Assembly (NCBI GenBank): GCA_027923505.1
Contig: BROI01000024.1
Span: 248,001-312,000 of the forward strand
DNA length: 64,000 bases
Direction: 5' to 3'
Source of the DNA: Mayamaea pseudoterrestris
Taxonomy: Eukaryota
Both the position numbers and the translations under genes were made by a program. Position 1 is the first letter of the stretch. The number at the start of each line of letters is the position of its first letter. The notes below the pieces were generated by a model, which saw only the letters and a program-made list of their open reading frames with translations, was not told the DNA's origin and did not search any database. Below, piece after piece: positions 63,494-64,000 of the stretch.

Positions 63494-64000
63494 TTATTTT
63501 CCTAGTAATCGCGAGCGTCGCTCCGAGTCGGATTCCATCAGCATCTTCACCGTATCGTAGGCTGTAAAGCTGATTGAGAATGCAATGGGACCCTTCATCC
63601 AGTTCATGGAAACGCCCTTGAAAAAGCCTCGCACTCCTTGCTCTTGGTACAAGTCTTTTATTATCTTGCCAACCGAAGGTGGCTTCATTAAATCTCGTGC
63701 ATGCGCTTCACCCAGTGAACTCAACGCAGTATCATTGCCTACCAAACCAAAGGTTTGCATCCGCCGTCGAACAACCTCCATGGGATATGTACTTGTTTGT
63801 GCAAATAAACCAGCGAATGCTCCGCATTGCATTCGCTCAATCGTTGTCAGTTCGCGTCCCGTTAGCATTTGTATCTGTTAATGATAAAGAAATAACGTTA
63901 CATCATACATCTTTTCGCTGCGACCACGCACTTAACTGAAGCGTATACACTCACCTCTCGCTTGGCTTGCTCATTGAGCGAAAACGCGATTCCCGAGTAC
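63494..64000 (-). CDS. 3' part of a mitochondrial carrier, SLC25A42/CoA-transporter-like; intron 63954-63875
   Basis: YSGIAFSLNE..., GAFAGLFAQTSTYPMEVVRRRMQ, KGVSMNWMKGPIAFSISF. Confidence 0.85.

Overview
Gene-dense, intron-poor eukaryotic DNA. Short GT-AG introns (mostly ~65-230 bp), bipartite signal+'AF' plastid presequences and C-terminal xDEL signals suggest a photosynthetic stramenopile, probably a pennate diatom (inference). About 29 host genes are present, including an ACC-synthase-like aminotransferase, F-box/SNF2/RING helicase, Nudix-PH, ArfGAP-DENN-IQ, LarC-like, SGNH-like, TPR-sulfotransferase, GT61-like, COPE, VTE6-like DUF92, TRM7, two mitochondrial carriers, pirin, MED17, RPL3, eIF4B, NF-YB, PIG-A, NDK, RPAP1, WDR59, tandem-HIRAN and CACYBP. 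The outstanding accessory element is an apparently intact 7.9-kb tyrosine-recombinase (DIRS-order, Ngaro/PAT-type) retrotransposon at 6560-14483 on the minus strand. It has split direct repeats that look identical by eye (A1-gag-RT/RH-YR-B1-A2-B2). Its gag and pol are in the SAME frame, separated by a single TGA that is followed by a strong 15-bp stem-loop, which is the signature of programmed stop-codon readthrough. The unique 18-bp spacer between its terminal repeats is a canonical G-quadruplex motif.
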